A DNA stretch of 64,000 nucleotides from Candidatus Levyibacteriota bacterium (GCA_049519175.1 JBEKQZ010000002.1:134782-198781); one strand, 5' to 3'. Counted from the stretch's first letter, positions 31,129 to 40,065 are shown. A program made the numbers and translations. Notes: generated by a model not told the origin, from the letters alone.

Positions 31129-31917
31129 TTATATTATGATTGAGTCAATATTTCTTGGGGATTTTTTCAGTAGACTTTTAACTGCTTTTGCAAAATTCTT
31201 TTTATCCCCTGTTGTGTAATAAAAATCCTCTGTCCTTTTATTTCCTAGAATCCGGTTGTTAGTCAAAATTGCTTTTGTTCTTCGCGCCACCGCTCCGCCG
31301 GAATCAACCACTTGCACTTTTTTACCCACGATTTTCTCAATCTTATCTCTTAAAAACGGGTAGTGCGTGCACCCCAAAGCAATTGCATCAACGTTTTTTT
31401 TGAGCAACGGTTCCAATGATTCATGCAGAATTTTCTCAATCTTCTTATGCCTTAAATCGCCGGTTTCGATTAATTCTTCTAGTCCCGTGCCGCCAACTTT
31501 ATAGACGGTGACGTTTGGTGCAAATTTATTAATGAGTTTTTGCAGATATGGGCTTTTGGTTGTTGCAGGCGTTGAAAAAACCGCTGTCTTTTTGGTTTTG
31601 GTGAGATTAGCAATTGTTTTAACGACCGGCACAGTGCCGATAATCGGCATTTGATATTTCTCCCGCAAAAAATCAATGGCATAGACTGTAGCGGTATTAC
31701 AGGCAACAATTACCGCTTTAACGTTATTTTTAACCAGGAATGCCATGATTTTATCGGTGTAGGATTGTAGTTGTTTCCTGGTTTTCCCACCATAAGGCAT
31801 GTTTCCTTGATCACCGACAAAAATAAAGTTTTCCAGAGGCAGAAGTTTCTGAACTCCCTGAAGAATGCTTAATCCCCCAACTCCTGAATCAAAAATCCCA
31901 ATTGGCCTATTATCCAT
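31129..31917 (-). CDS. murI: glutamate racemase
   Basis: 262 aa. IGIFDSGVGGLS and ACNTAT / GCTHYP catalytic Cys motifs. Confidence 0.9.
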   Translation of the reverse strand: MDNRPIGIFDSGVGGLSILQGVQKLLPLENFIFVGDQGNMPYGGKTRKQLQSYTDKIMAFLVKNNVKAVIVACNTATVYAIDFLREKYQMPIIGTVPVVKTIANLTKTKKTAVFSTPATTKSPYLQKLINKFAPNVTVYKVGGTGLEELIETGDLRHKKIEKILHESLEPLLKKNVDAIALGCTHYPFLRDKIEKIVGKKVQVVDSGGAVARRTKAILTNNRILGNKRTEDFYYTTGDKKNFAKAVKSLLKKSPRNIDSIII

Positions 31918-31920
31918 AAG

Positions 31921-31994
31921 TACCAGGGGTGGGGGTCGAACCCACGACCTCAGCGTTATGAATGCTGTGCTCTAACCAACTGAGCTACCCTGGC
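31921..31994 (-). tRNA. tRNA-Met(CAU) (elongator Met or lysidine-type Ile2)
   Basis: Manual cloverleaf of 74 nt: acceptor GCCAGGG/CCCTGGT with G1-U72, D-arm GCTC-AGTTGGTTA-GAGC, anticodon loop TTCATAA, T-arm GTGGG-TTCGACC-CCCAC. No CCA encoded. Confidence 0.8.
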
Positions 31995-32000
31995 TCAAAG

Positions 32001-32717
32001 CTATTTTACCACATTTAACTTCATCCCCTCAATAAAGCCTCTTGTTGAAATCAGCAAATCCAAACTATCTTTTACATGAATTCTCAAAACTCCATGATAA
32101 TTATCATCGCTATATTGCTTTTTCCATTTCGTTTGCTGATAGAAAGTTTTTGTAAATTGGTTTTTCTTTAATCCTGCGATGCTTAACCAGTAGTTTCCTA
32201 TTTCTTCTGTTCTATCTTTATAAGAGTCATTTAAAGTTAATCGAGCAATTATACTATCTTTTTTAATCCCAAAAGATTTCTCAAGCCACTTTATATAAAA
32301 CTTGATCATTCCTGGATCAGAATTACAAAAACCCAAGCGATGTTCATGTCTATTTTTAAAACCTTCTCCCCAATATAAAGCAATTCCAGCTATAAATAAA
32401 TCCCGGCCGCTTAAGTTCCCTACTTTTGAAAGTGCCTTTTGTAAAAGTTTTTTCTCATTATTAAGTTTTAAAACTTCATCTTGTTTTTGCTTTTTAATTC
32501 TTCCTGCTTGCAATGCTTTTTGAGTTCTGGATTTTAATTTTTCAAGTTGTTTCTCGGAAAGCTTAATATCTTTAATCCAACTTCGGATAGTCGTTTTGGG
32601 AACATTCGTTTCGTCGTATATTTGTCCCAAACTTAAGCCTTTTGCGCGCAATTGACGCACTTTATCCTTAAAGACCTGACTATGTTGCATATTTATATTA
32701 TGAAATGACAACTGCAC
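32001..32717 (-). CDS. HTH-domain protein, hypothetical
   Basis: 238 aa. N-terminal HTH (GLSLGQIYDETNVPKTTIRSWIK) and a Lys-rich coiled region. Stop lies 6 nt from the tRNA-Met 5' end. Confidence 0.4.
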   Translation of the reverse strand: MQLSFHNINMQHSQVFKDKVRQLRAKGLSLGQIYDETNVPKTTIRSWIKDIKLSEKQLEKLKSRTQKALQAGRIKKQKQDEVLKLNNEKKLLQKALSKVGNLSGRDLFIAGIALYWGEGFKNRHEHRLGFCNSDPGMIKFYIKWLEKSFGIKKDSIIARLTLNDSYKDRTEEIGNYWLSIAGLKKNQFTKTFYQQTKWKKQYSDDNYHGVLRIHVKDSLDLLISTRGFIEGMKLNVVK

Positions 32718-33112
32718 TATGTCAACAAGAATCTAATAATGACTATCTTTAAGCAATTTTATTGACTATTAGCTTTGATTTTGCTATTATGTTTTTACGC
32801 GCGGGGTAGTGTACAGTGCACATGAGGCTCAAATGGGCCATTTTGATAGTAATATTAAGATAGTACTCAGCTATATCGGTGAAACCCCATCTATTTATTA
32901 TTTAGGGCAATACCGAGGGAAGATCCAATAATTTATTGGGGACCCGTAGAGACTACACGCTGAGGTCGCCACTGGCGACAAGATATAGTCCGACACTCTG
33001 GGTAACCGGAGAAACAGAAAGCATAATCTCATAGGCTAGGCGCAACTCCTAGCCCCGCAACAAATCCCTACAACTTGACTTATAGTTCTTCTAGAGCTAC
33101 AATTTCCCTGCT

Positions 33113-33802
33113 ATGGAAGAACTAGAACATTCACCAAATCCTGAATTAGCGCTCCCACACGTAGATGCTTTAATCGTGTTAGGGAGAAATTTTCAACCGG
33201 GTTTTAATCGAAAAACACTTGCCGAACAACGGTTTCATTTAAGCCCCGGTTCGCGCATCAACACATTAGCAGCTGGATTAATATGCAAAGCAGGACTTGC
33301 TGATACGCTAATTATTTCTACAGGGCATACTGCCGGAAGCAATGTCCCCTCGGAAGCAAAAGCGATGAAAGACGATTTACAAAGGATTTTTAAAGATATT
33401 CCGGATGAAGCCATAATTTTAGAAGAAACATCAGTCGACACCGAAGGCAACGCCAATGAAGTTAAAAAAATAATTGATAGACACCCGGAATTTAAAACCT
33501 TTGGACTGCTAGCAGACACCAGCCACCTTGAAAGAACCCCATTATTTGAGCGGGTTGGAATTCAAGTTGTCCCTTTTGATGCGCTGGCAATATTAGGAGA
33601 AAAACGACCAAAATTAATAGAAAATTATATAAAGTCGGAAATCTATCAAAAAACAGAAAAGCAAGATAAAAGAGCACGACAAATTCAGTCCTTGCCGATT
33701 ATTTCTCCGCTTACTTCTTGGTTATTGCATAAAGTCGCTTTGCGCATGAGAAACCCCAACAAACCTAATCCATATATAAGTAAAACATCTGGACAGAAAT
33801 AG
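33113..33802 (+). CDS. DUF218 (YdcF/ElyC-like) domain protein
   Basis: 229 aa. ALIVLG ... ISTGHTAG ... ETSVDTEGNANE pattern typical of DUF218/YdcF. Confidence 0.55.
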   Translation: MEELEHSPNPELALPHVDALIVLGRNFQPGFNRKTLAEQRFHLSPGSRINTLAAGLICKAGLADTLIISTGHTAGSNVPSEAKAMKDDLQRIFKDIPDEAIILEETSVDTEGNANEVKKIIDRHPEFKTFGLLADTSHLERTPLFERVGIQVVPFDALAILGEKRPKLIENYIKSEIYQKTEKQDKRARQIQSLPIISPLTSWLLHKVALRMRNPNKPNPYISKTSGQK

Positions 33803-33818
33803 GTTCTAATAGTTTCTT

Positions 33819-34163
33819 CTAGAAGAATAGATTAAACCATTGTTGCCAGTTAGGAAGGTTTTGCTGAACTGGTTTTGCGGGTTGATTTTGGTTTTTAATC
33901 AGACCCGGAGAAATTAGCACCTCTTGTTCCCCCGGCTTGACCAAAAATAACTTATCGTGTGCTTGCTCTTCCAAAAATTGCGGCGTCTGTGCATAAGATA
34001 GTTCGCCTTTTAGTTTTTGGTTTTCCAGTTTTTCCCGCTGCAACTGCTTTTGGGCCGAAGTTAGTAAATCCTGCTTCTGCCAAATATCATAGATTGAGTG
34101 CAACAACCCGTTAATCATTAGAAGCAGCGCTATAACAATAACTATATAAATTGCTTTTTTCAT
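33819..34163 (-). CDS. septum formation initiator (FtsB/DivIC-like)
   Basis: 114 aa. N-terminal TM, coiled coil, and the C-terminal motif EEQAHDKLFLVKPGEQEV typical of FtsB/DivIC. Confidence 0.55.
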   Translation of the reverse strand: MKKAIYIVIVIALLLMINGLLHSIYDIWQKQDLLTSAQKQLQREKLENQKLKGELSYAQTPQFLEEQAHDKLFLVKPGEQEVLISPGLIKNQNQPAKPVQQNLPNWQQWFNLFF

Positions 34164-34252
34164 CTCTTCTGATTTATAATATCACAATTGAGCTATAACG
34201 ATGTATTTTTTGCTATTGACTAGCTGTGAAAATGGTGATATTATAGGCCATC

Positions 34253-35113
34253 ATGAAGACAATCCAACTTCGAACCGCCCACGAAGAATTTAAAAATTAC
34301 TTAAAAGAGGGTAAAAAATCTAATTCAACTGTGGTTGCCTACGGTAAAGACATCGACCAGTTGATTTCTTTTTTGGAAGACTTACAAAAACACGAAGCGC
34401 ATGAAGCCACCAAGGAAGACATTGAAGCGTTTTTGGCCAAATTAACCAAAGAAGGCTACACGCCAAAATCGGTTTCAAGGAAGATTAATTCCACCCGCAC
34501 TTTTTATCGATTTTTAAGAGTTAACGAATATACCACCGACGACCCTTCCCTTTTGGTTTCACACCCTAAATATCAGTTGGCCGCGCCCAGGATGCTGACT
34601 CCGACCGAATACAGAGCTTTAAGAGATGCCGCCAGAAACGACCCAAGAATGTCTGCGGTTATTGAATTACTGCTGCAAACGGGTATTCGCATCGGCGAAT
34701 TGGCAGACTTAAGAATTTCCGATATTAACAAAGATTCTTTGCACATTGCGCCGTTTGAAAAACACGAAGAAAGAAACGTGCCTTTGAATAAAAGAGCACA
34801 GGAAGCTTTAGATAAATATCTAGCAGCCAGACCAAAAGTGCCGGAAGCCCACGTTTTTGTCACTAAATCGGGCAAACCGTTCTTAATTAGGAATATCAGA
34901 ACCGCCGTTGAAAGATATTTCCGCTTAGCCGAAATTAAAGGCGCTAAAGTTAACGATTTAAGACACACTTTTGTCGCCCACCACCTAAAACACGGCGTTT
35001 CATTGGTGGTTTTGTCTAAAGTGCTGGGACATAAAAGAATTTCTACCACCGAAAGATATTTGCAATACGTGCCGGAGCGCGGCAAAGAAACTTCCGTTTT
35101 AACCGAACTGTAA
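34253..35113 (+). CDS. tyrosine site-specific recombinase (XerC/XerD-like)
   Basis: 286 aa. N-terminal SAM-like domain and C-terminal catalytic R...HxxR...Y (RHTFVAHHLKHG...RISTTERYLQ). Confidence 0.8.
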   Translation: MKTIQLRTAHEEFKNYLKEGKKSNSTVVAYGKDIDQLISFLEDLQKHEAHEATKEDIEAFLAKLTKEGYTPKSVSRKINSTRTFYRFLRVNEYTTDDPSLLVSHPKYQLAAPRMLTPTEYRALRDAARNDPRMSAVIELLLQTGIRIGELADLRISDINKDSLHIAPFEKHEERNVPLNKRAQEALDKYLAARPKVPEAHVFVTKSGKPFLIRNIRTAVERYFRLAEIKGAKVNDLRHTFVAHHLKHGVSLVVLSKVLGHKRISTTERYLQYVPERGKETSVLTEL

Positions 35114-35170
35114 CTTCAATAATTTCCTCATTGCTTTGAAAGAGAAAGGATTATTGCTATAATTGTGGCA

Positions 35171-35243
35171 CGCGTCTGTAGCTCAGTGGTAGAGCGGTTG
35201 TCTTATAAACAACAGGTTCCTTGGTTCGATCCCAAGCAGACGC
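35171..35243 (+). tRNA. tRNA-Ile(UAU) (AUA-decoding), by manual fold
   Basis: Acceptor GCGTCTG/CAGACGC perfect. D-arm GCTC-AGTGGTA-GAGC with G18G19 and A21. Anticodon stem GTTGT/ACAAC with loop CTTATAA (U33, anticodon TAT, A37). T-arm CTTGG-TTCGATC-CCAAG. Variable loop apparently 6 nt. Confidence 0.7.
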
Positions 35244-35244
35244 A

Positions 35245-37617
35245 CTAAAGTCTGGCGCGTTCGGCGATTTCCACTTCGAGGCTTTTCACTTCTTTCCCGT
35301 ATTTTAATCTGGATAATTCTCTGATTAATTCCGCCACCCGCGGGTTTTCCGCCGCCTGCTCTTTGGTCATATCACGGGTCAAATCCATCGAAAAAGGCGT
35401 CATCGGCTCGTTGTTCACGATTGTTTTAACATACGCGTTATAAACATCGACATTGATTAAATCTGCTTCCGTAAAAGTTGGTTGGAATTCATGTTGTAAA
35501 TAGTTGGCATCGGTGACGCCGACTCGAAACGAAACCAAGCTTCCGACGTTACCAAAAATCGCGTTTTTGACTTCCTCATCCATCTGACCGATAAACTGGT
35601 TAGCAACAATCAGATTAAGCCTGTATTTTCTCGCTTCCGACAAAATCTGGGCAAAATCGGGTGTCGCGAAATTTTGAAACTCGTCAACATAGAGATAGAA
35701 ATCGCGTCTCTTTTCTTCGGGAACATCCTGCCGACTCATCGCCGCCACTAAAATTTTCGGTACTAAAATTAAACCCAAGAAACTGGCATTTTCCTCGCCG
35801 ATTTTTCCTTTGGATAGAGACACCAAGAGAATTTTTCCCTCGTCCATGACTTTTCTAAAATCAAAGGCGGATTGCGACTGACCGATAATATTGCGCATCA
35901 TTTTATCGGTCACAAAACGGCCAAATTTGGAAACAATGTAGTCGAGAACTTCGGATTTATGGAAATCGTTGGTTTGCGCAATCTGATCGGTCCAATAGCG
36001 GCGGACAATCGGATCTTGGACTTTCGGCAAGAGCTCTTGGACAAAATTAGCATCAGTCAAAACGCGGACCACCTCGACAAAAGTGCTACCCTTCTCGCTC
36101 ATGACGGTTAACATGGCGTTTCTGATAGCATGCTCAAATCTTGGTCCGATAATACCGGTTTTATTCGGATCATAAAGTTTATACATCAACCCGACAATTG
36201 AGGAAACAATGTAGTGTTTTTCCTCTTCGGTTTGCGCCTCCAGCATATTTAAACCCATCGGCCGGTCTGTATCGCTTGGATCAAACAGAATGACGTCTTC
36301 GGCCCTTTCGGGTGGGATGAGGGGTAACAATTTATCGATGGTGTCATGCGGATCAATAAAGCAAACTCCCTCGCCATTTTTGATGTCCTGCAAAATCATG
36401 TCTTTTAAGAATTCCGACTTTCCGACACCGGTTTTTCCGACTACATACATGTGGCGTCTTCGATCATCTTTTTGGATATAAACCGGTTTGGCAATGCCTC
36501 TAAAAGTGCTCATGCCTAAATAAAGACCTGCGGTGGGAATTTGGGCCGGAGCCGGCGCTCTTTTGGCATTTAGCCAATGGATATGCGGTGTCGTCACGTT
36601 TTTGTTGGGAAAATGGAAAACGCTACCCAATTCTTCGCTGGTCAAAACCGCCATGCCACGGTTTGGCAAATAACGGTAGATAAAATCGCTGATAAAGTTT
36701 CCTTTAAGCCAAACTTTAGCTTTGGCAAAAGAGTTAATGCCGTTAAACTGGCCGAAAGCGCTAACCATATTTTCCAAATGCGCCTGCGCAGCTTCCTGCG
36801 AGCTGGAAGAAACGACTAGTCTAATAGTGGTATAGAAACCGGGCTTGGAAATTTTATTTTCAACTCCCTCCAATTCTTTCGGGTCGGCCGCATATTTTGC
36901 GGTTTCGGGATTTGCCTCCCGCTTTTTGGTAGAAGCGATGTATTTGCGGCCTAACTTGCTCCATTTTGACGGCGCGCCGGTAATTAAAACCTGAATCGCC
37001 GCCCCCTCGCCATGCCCCATTTTGGCCAACACCGAAGTAAGGGAGGATAAAGGGTCAACCGCAAAGTCTTTGTAAACTTTGAGTGGTTTGTAGTTTGAAT
37101 CTTTGAGTTTAAGTGACGCAAACGCTACTTTCCCCTCTTTGGAAAAAATATTATATTCATTGCCGATAATATAACCCTCTTTGGCGTTTCCTCTTGCCTC
37201 TTCGTCGACAATTTTTATTTCCGCATCCGGATACGAAGCGTTAATTTGTTTTTCGACGATGTCACGGTATTTGTTGGGGGCATAAACATAAAAACGGATA
37301 TCTTCCGACATCCCGACAATTTCAAACGAAAGATGCGGTTTGTATTTTAAAAAGGCAAATATTCCCGTCGCTTTAATGCCGGTGAAACTGGCAAAGAATT
37401 GTTCGGCGGCGTCAATTTTAATCTCGTTATCGCGCGGCAGCGTGACTTGAATTAAGGTCGAATCAAGCGATTTTTTCTCTCTGTCTTTATTGCCATACCA
37501 AATAATAAATAAGTAGCCAAAACCCAAAACTGCAGCGGCGATAACCAACAAAACAACTAAAGCTACGCATAAAACCGTGACTAGATTAAGAATATTTGGC
37601 AATGCAAAATTATACAT
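35245..37617 (-). CDS. membrane-anchored FtsK/HerA-superfamily ATPase, TraD/TraG/VirD4 (type IV coupling protein)-like
   Basis: 790 aa. N-terminal TM, Walker A VVGKTGVGKSEF, Walker B LYVDEFQNF, and a C-terminal SEARKYRLNLIVANQFIGQ block resembling T4CPs. Stop codon is 2 nt from the tRNA 3' end. Confidence 0.5.
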   Translation of the reverse strand: MYNFALPNILNLVTVLCVALVVLLVIAAAVLGFGYLFIIWYGNKDREKKSLDSTLIQVTLPRDNEIKIDAAEQFFASFTGIKATGIFAFLKYKPHLSFEIVGMSEDIRFYVYAPNKYRDIVEKQINASYPDAEIKIVDEEARGNAKEGYIIGNEYNIFSKEGKVAFASLKLKDSNYKPLKVYKDFAVDPLSSLTSVLAKMGHGEGAAIQVLITGAPSKWSKLGRKYIASTKKREANPETAKYAADPKELEGVENKISKPGFYTTIRLVVSSSSQEAAQAHLENMVSAFGQFNGINSFAKAKVWLKGNFISDFIYRYLPNRGMAVLTSEELGSVFHFPNKNVTTPHIHWLNAKRAPAPAQIPTAGLYLGMSTFRGIAKPVYIQKDDRRRHMYVVGKTGVGKSEFLKDMILQDIKNGEGVCFIDPHDTIDKLLPLIPPERAEDVILFDPSDTDRPMGLNMLEAQTEEEKHYIVSSIVGLMYKLYDPNKTGIIGPRFEHAIRNAMLTVMSEKGSTFVEVVRVLTDANFVQELLPKVQDPIVRRYWTDQIAQTNDFHKSEVLDYIVSKFGRFVTDKMMRNIIGQSQSAFDFRKVMDEGKILLVSLSKGKIGEENASFLGLILVPKILVAAMSRQDVPEEKRRDFYLYVDEFQNFATPDFAQILSEARKYRLNLIVANQFIGQMDEEVKNAIFGNVGSLVSFRVGVTDANYLQHEFQPTFTEADLINVDVYNAYVKTIVNNEPMTPFSMDLTRDMTKEQAAENPRVAELIRELSRLKYGKEVKSLEVEIAERARL

Positions 37618-37620
37618 ATT

Positions 37621-38109
37621 TTAGGCCGGCCGGCCAGTTAATTTCCCGTGAATTCTCTTTAAATGCTTTAACATTAATAGCGCAAAACCATAAATTGAAT
37701 CTGCAAAAAAGATGCCTTCGAAAAACTTTTCCAAATTAAAATTGTGGCCGGGACCTTTTTTCGCCAGTTTCTCAGCTTCTTTTTCATCCATCGGCAGTTG
37801 CACCGCCCCCGTTGGCTCGGTTTTAACCGGCGCCGGCACGGCTTTGACGCCAATCTTCTCCTGTTCTTCTTCAATTTTTATCTCTCTTTCCGCTTCGACA
37901 ATGCCCGCATCGGCAACTTCTTTATCTTTGATAGCAGCTGTTTCTGAAGGCTTTACAAAATCACTAACCGGCGCAGTTTCTACTTCTTTATTAGTTGATC
38001 CAACCGGCGCGACTTGCGGTTGTAGTTGTGGCTGAACAGGAACTGGCGGTTGCGATTGAGATAAGACATTGTTGTTTGTCTGATTTGGTTTTTGAGCAGT
38101 GTCATCCAT
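37621..38109 (-). CDS. low-complexity Pro/Gln/Glu-rich protein, hypothetical
   Basis: 162 aa. PQLQPQVAP repeats and acidic KEE stretches. 4-nt gap to the upstream ATPase gene. Confidence 0.4.
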   Translation of the reverse strand: MDDTAQKPNQTNNNVLSQSQPPVPVQPQLQPQVAPVGSTNKEVETAPVSDFVKPSETAAIKDKEVADAGIVEAEREIKIEEEQEKIGVKAVPAPVKTEPTGAVQLPMDEKEAEKLAKKGPGHNFNLEKFFEGIFFADSIYGFALLMLKHLKRIHGKLTGRPA

Positions 38110-38150
38110 ACGTTAATAATAACATTTATACGTTTAAAGGACAATTGAAT

Positions 38151-39302
38151 TTAAGCGCAGGCATCGACACCGGATTCTTCGACATACTCCTCTTTTGTTA
38201 ATCCGCATCCGGGACAGGTATCTCCAACCGGACCGTCAGCTTTATAATGACACTTTGGGCACGTAAACCATTCTTGATCTGAAAATTCAGAAACGCTAAA
38301 AGGCGAGCTTATTGATTTATTAAATGAAGTTAAAGAAAATCCCCCAGATGCACCACAGCCTGTCATAACCTGCCTTACCGGCCTCGAACCAAGATCTAGA
38401 ATTTCTTCGGTTCTAGCTGTAAATGCATAACTATCAAGGTAAGGATATTTACTTCCATTTCTTATATATACCAATGCCATATCCGCTTTGTTTAATATCG
38501 CATTAAGCGTTAAAAGCTGCATTCTCGTATCAATTGGCATTTCAGAAAGTGTATTTATATAGCTTGTAATAAGCGGTGTGCAGATTCTTATGATTTCAGC
38601 GAATTCTACTTCTGATAGATATTCATGCTCCCGATGAAGATATTTATGAATATTGTCAGCCGTTATAAAAGAATCATTTCTAGATTCTATTTTTATTGGA
38701 TTTGAAAGTAGGCATTCCGGCGTTGGTTGATAATCAATTCCAACAACATCTACGTTTTTAAGCAAAGCCACTGTTTCTTGCGCAGAAAGCGAAGAGCTAT
38801 ACCGTCTTGCTTCGATAAATCTACCTTCACCATTATCTTTCAATGTAAAAATATCATAGAAATTATGCTGGTAAGAAGAACTTTCTCTTCCAGGCGGAGA
38901 AATCGAGAGTATCATTGTCCCAATTGGAACATCTCCTGTAGTTAATGTTTTCTGAATAATTGTAAATCCTGCCAATTCCGCCTGCTCTCTGTCTCTATCT
39001 GTCTCATTCCCATGTCTTTTTCTATACTCAACGCCCCTACTTATCATATTTATGAACGGTTCATCCGTATTTTCGCCAAAAATTTGTCCTTCTTTTATTT
39101 CATAGCGGGTACTAGACAATAAAACACCAAATCTTTCTCCTAAATGAGTTTCAAGCTGACGCTTAGTGTAAAGGTCCAGCTCTCTTTTCCTTTCGGAAGA
39201 AACACTAGACAAAGCTAGATAAGAAACCCTATCAAAAGTTGGCTCGTATGCAATTGCTTGTTCAATCATAAAAAAACTCCTCGTCTTACCGAGGAGTTGC
39301 AT
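38151..39302 (-). CDS. hypothetical protein with C-terminal zinc ribbon
   Basis: 383 aa. C-terminal CPKCHY...CPGCG ribbon. No other recognisable motif. Confidence 0.45.
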   Translation of the reverse strand: MQLLGKTRSFFMIEQAIAYEPTFDRVSYLALSSVSSERKRELDLYTKRQLETHLGERFGVLLSSTRYEIKEGQIFGENTDEPFINMISRGVEYRKRHGNETDRDREQAELAGFTIIQKTLTTGDVPIGTMILSISPPGRESSSYQHNFYDIFTLKDNGEGRFIEARRYSSSLSAQETVALLKNVDVVGIDYQPTPECLLSNPIKIESRNDSFITADNIHKYLHREHEYLSEVEFAEIIRICTPLITSYINTLSEMPIDTRMQLLTLNAILNKADMALVYIRNGSKYPYLDSYAFTARTEEILDLGSRPVRQVMTGCGASGGFSLTSFNKSISSPFSVSEFSDQEWFTCPKCHYKADGPVGDTCPGCGLTKEEYVEESGVDACA

Positions 39303-39414
39303 AAAAAATATGCTTCTGCTCGGAAGTCTTATTTCGGGGCTCTGGCTTTATCGCGTCAAACGCGATTTCACAGTTGCGGCACAGCTCGGAATTTCACCGA
39401 TTTCACCCGTGAAA

Positions 39415-39957
39415 CTATTTCTTTAACCAAACAGTTTCTTTTTGTTTTTCCTTGTAATTTATATATCTTGCAAGAGTAAAAAGCAAGTCGGAAAGCCGGT
39501 TTAAGTAAACGAGAATTTCCGACAATACGGCTTCTTTTTCGGCCAGCATGACCGTTCTTCTTTCGGCCCGTCTGGCGACGGTTCTGGCGTAGTGTAAAAG
39601 CGAACCGGTTTTTCCACCGGGCAAAATGAAGTTTTTCAGTTTTGGCAGTTTTTGGGTTAAGACATCGATTTCTTTTTCAAACTCCACGACCCGTTTCTTA
39701 AGTTTTTCTCCCAAAACCTTATATTCTTTCTCCCCCGGTCCGGCTAGGCTTGCTCCAATTTCAAATAAGTCACTTTGGATTGCCAAAATTTCTTGCTTGA
39801 TTTTCTTATCTTTAATTCGTGAAACCACCACACCCAAAAAACTATTTAATTCGTCCAAATTCCCATAGGCCTCCACCCGGGAGCTTCCTTTTGAAACAGT
39901 TTTCCCGGTATGAAGAGCCGTTTTCCCTTTATCCCCAAATCTTGTATAAATTGGCAT
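39415..39957 (-). CDS. ATP:cob(I)alamin adenosyltransferase, PduO-type
   Basis: About 180 aa from MPIYTRFGDKGKT, the canonical PduO/MMAB N-terminus. The track ORF start at 40041 is probably an artefactual extension into the repeat. Confidence 0.8.
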   Translation of the reverse strand: MPIYTRFGDKGKTALHTGKTVSKGSSRVEAYGNLDELNSFLGVVVSRIKDKKIKQEILAIQSDLFEIGASLAGPGEKEYKVLGEKLKKRVVEFEKEIDVLTQKLPKLKNFILPGGKTGSLLHYARTVARRAERRTVMLAEKEAVLSEILVYLNRLSDLLFTLARYINYKEKQKETVWLKK

Positions 39958-39966
39958 AATCTTAAA

Positions 39967-40056
39967 GGGGTGGCACGGGTAGAAGGGCCCCCGACAGCGC
40001 GCAGTCAGTGAATCGTGAACGAGCACTGGCGGGAGGGACACCCGGGACAGGACCCC
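39967..40056. repeat. structured repeat family 2, intergenic copy
   Basis: GGGGTGGCACGGGTAGAAGGGCCCCCGACAGCGCGCAGTCAGTGAATCGTGAACGAGCACTGGCGGGAGGGACACCCGGGACAGGACCCC. About 88% identical to 23344-23434. Contains the palindromic GACAGCGCGCAGTC core. Confidence 0.8.
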
Positions 40057-40065
40057 TGAATAAAT

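Noticed and set aside
31921-31994. Initiator tRNA-fMet assignment for the CAU tRNA
   Set aside because: It has a 1-72 G-U pair, not the C1xA72 mismatch, and lacks three consecutive G-C pairs in the anticodon stem. So it is elongator Met or tRNA-Ile2; the two cannot be distinguished by eye.
32001-32717. LAGLIDADG homing endonuclease call for the HTH protein
   Set aside because: FIAGIALYWGEG lacks the acidic catalytic residue at the expected position, and only one motif copy is present. The adjacent tRNA has no intron, so it is kept as hypothetical.
32718-33112. RNase P RNA, SRP RNA or tmRNA in the long non-coding gap
   Set aside because: ACAGAAAGC and AGTCCGAC fragments superficially recall RNase P CR-V and CR-I, but the P4 complementary partner and CCGGCUUA are missing. 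No SRP GGAA/AGCAGCC domain IV. No tRNA-like ends. Left as an unassigned ncRNA candidate.
34253-35113. XerC/D-like recombinase as the integrase of a tRNA-targeted island
   Set aside because: It lies 5' of the tRNA on the same strand, outside any element inserted at the tRNA 3' end. A chromosomal dimer-resolution Xer is the simpler reading; any link to the downstream block is left open.
39958-40041. N-terminal 28 codons of track ORF 39415..40041 (MSLPPVLVHDSLTARCRGPFYPCHPFKI)
   Set aside because: The extension is simply repeat family 2 read in-frame. The canonical PduO start MPIYTRFGDKGKT begins at 39957.
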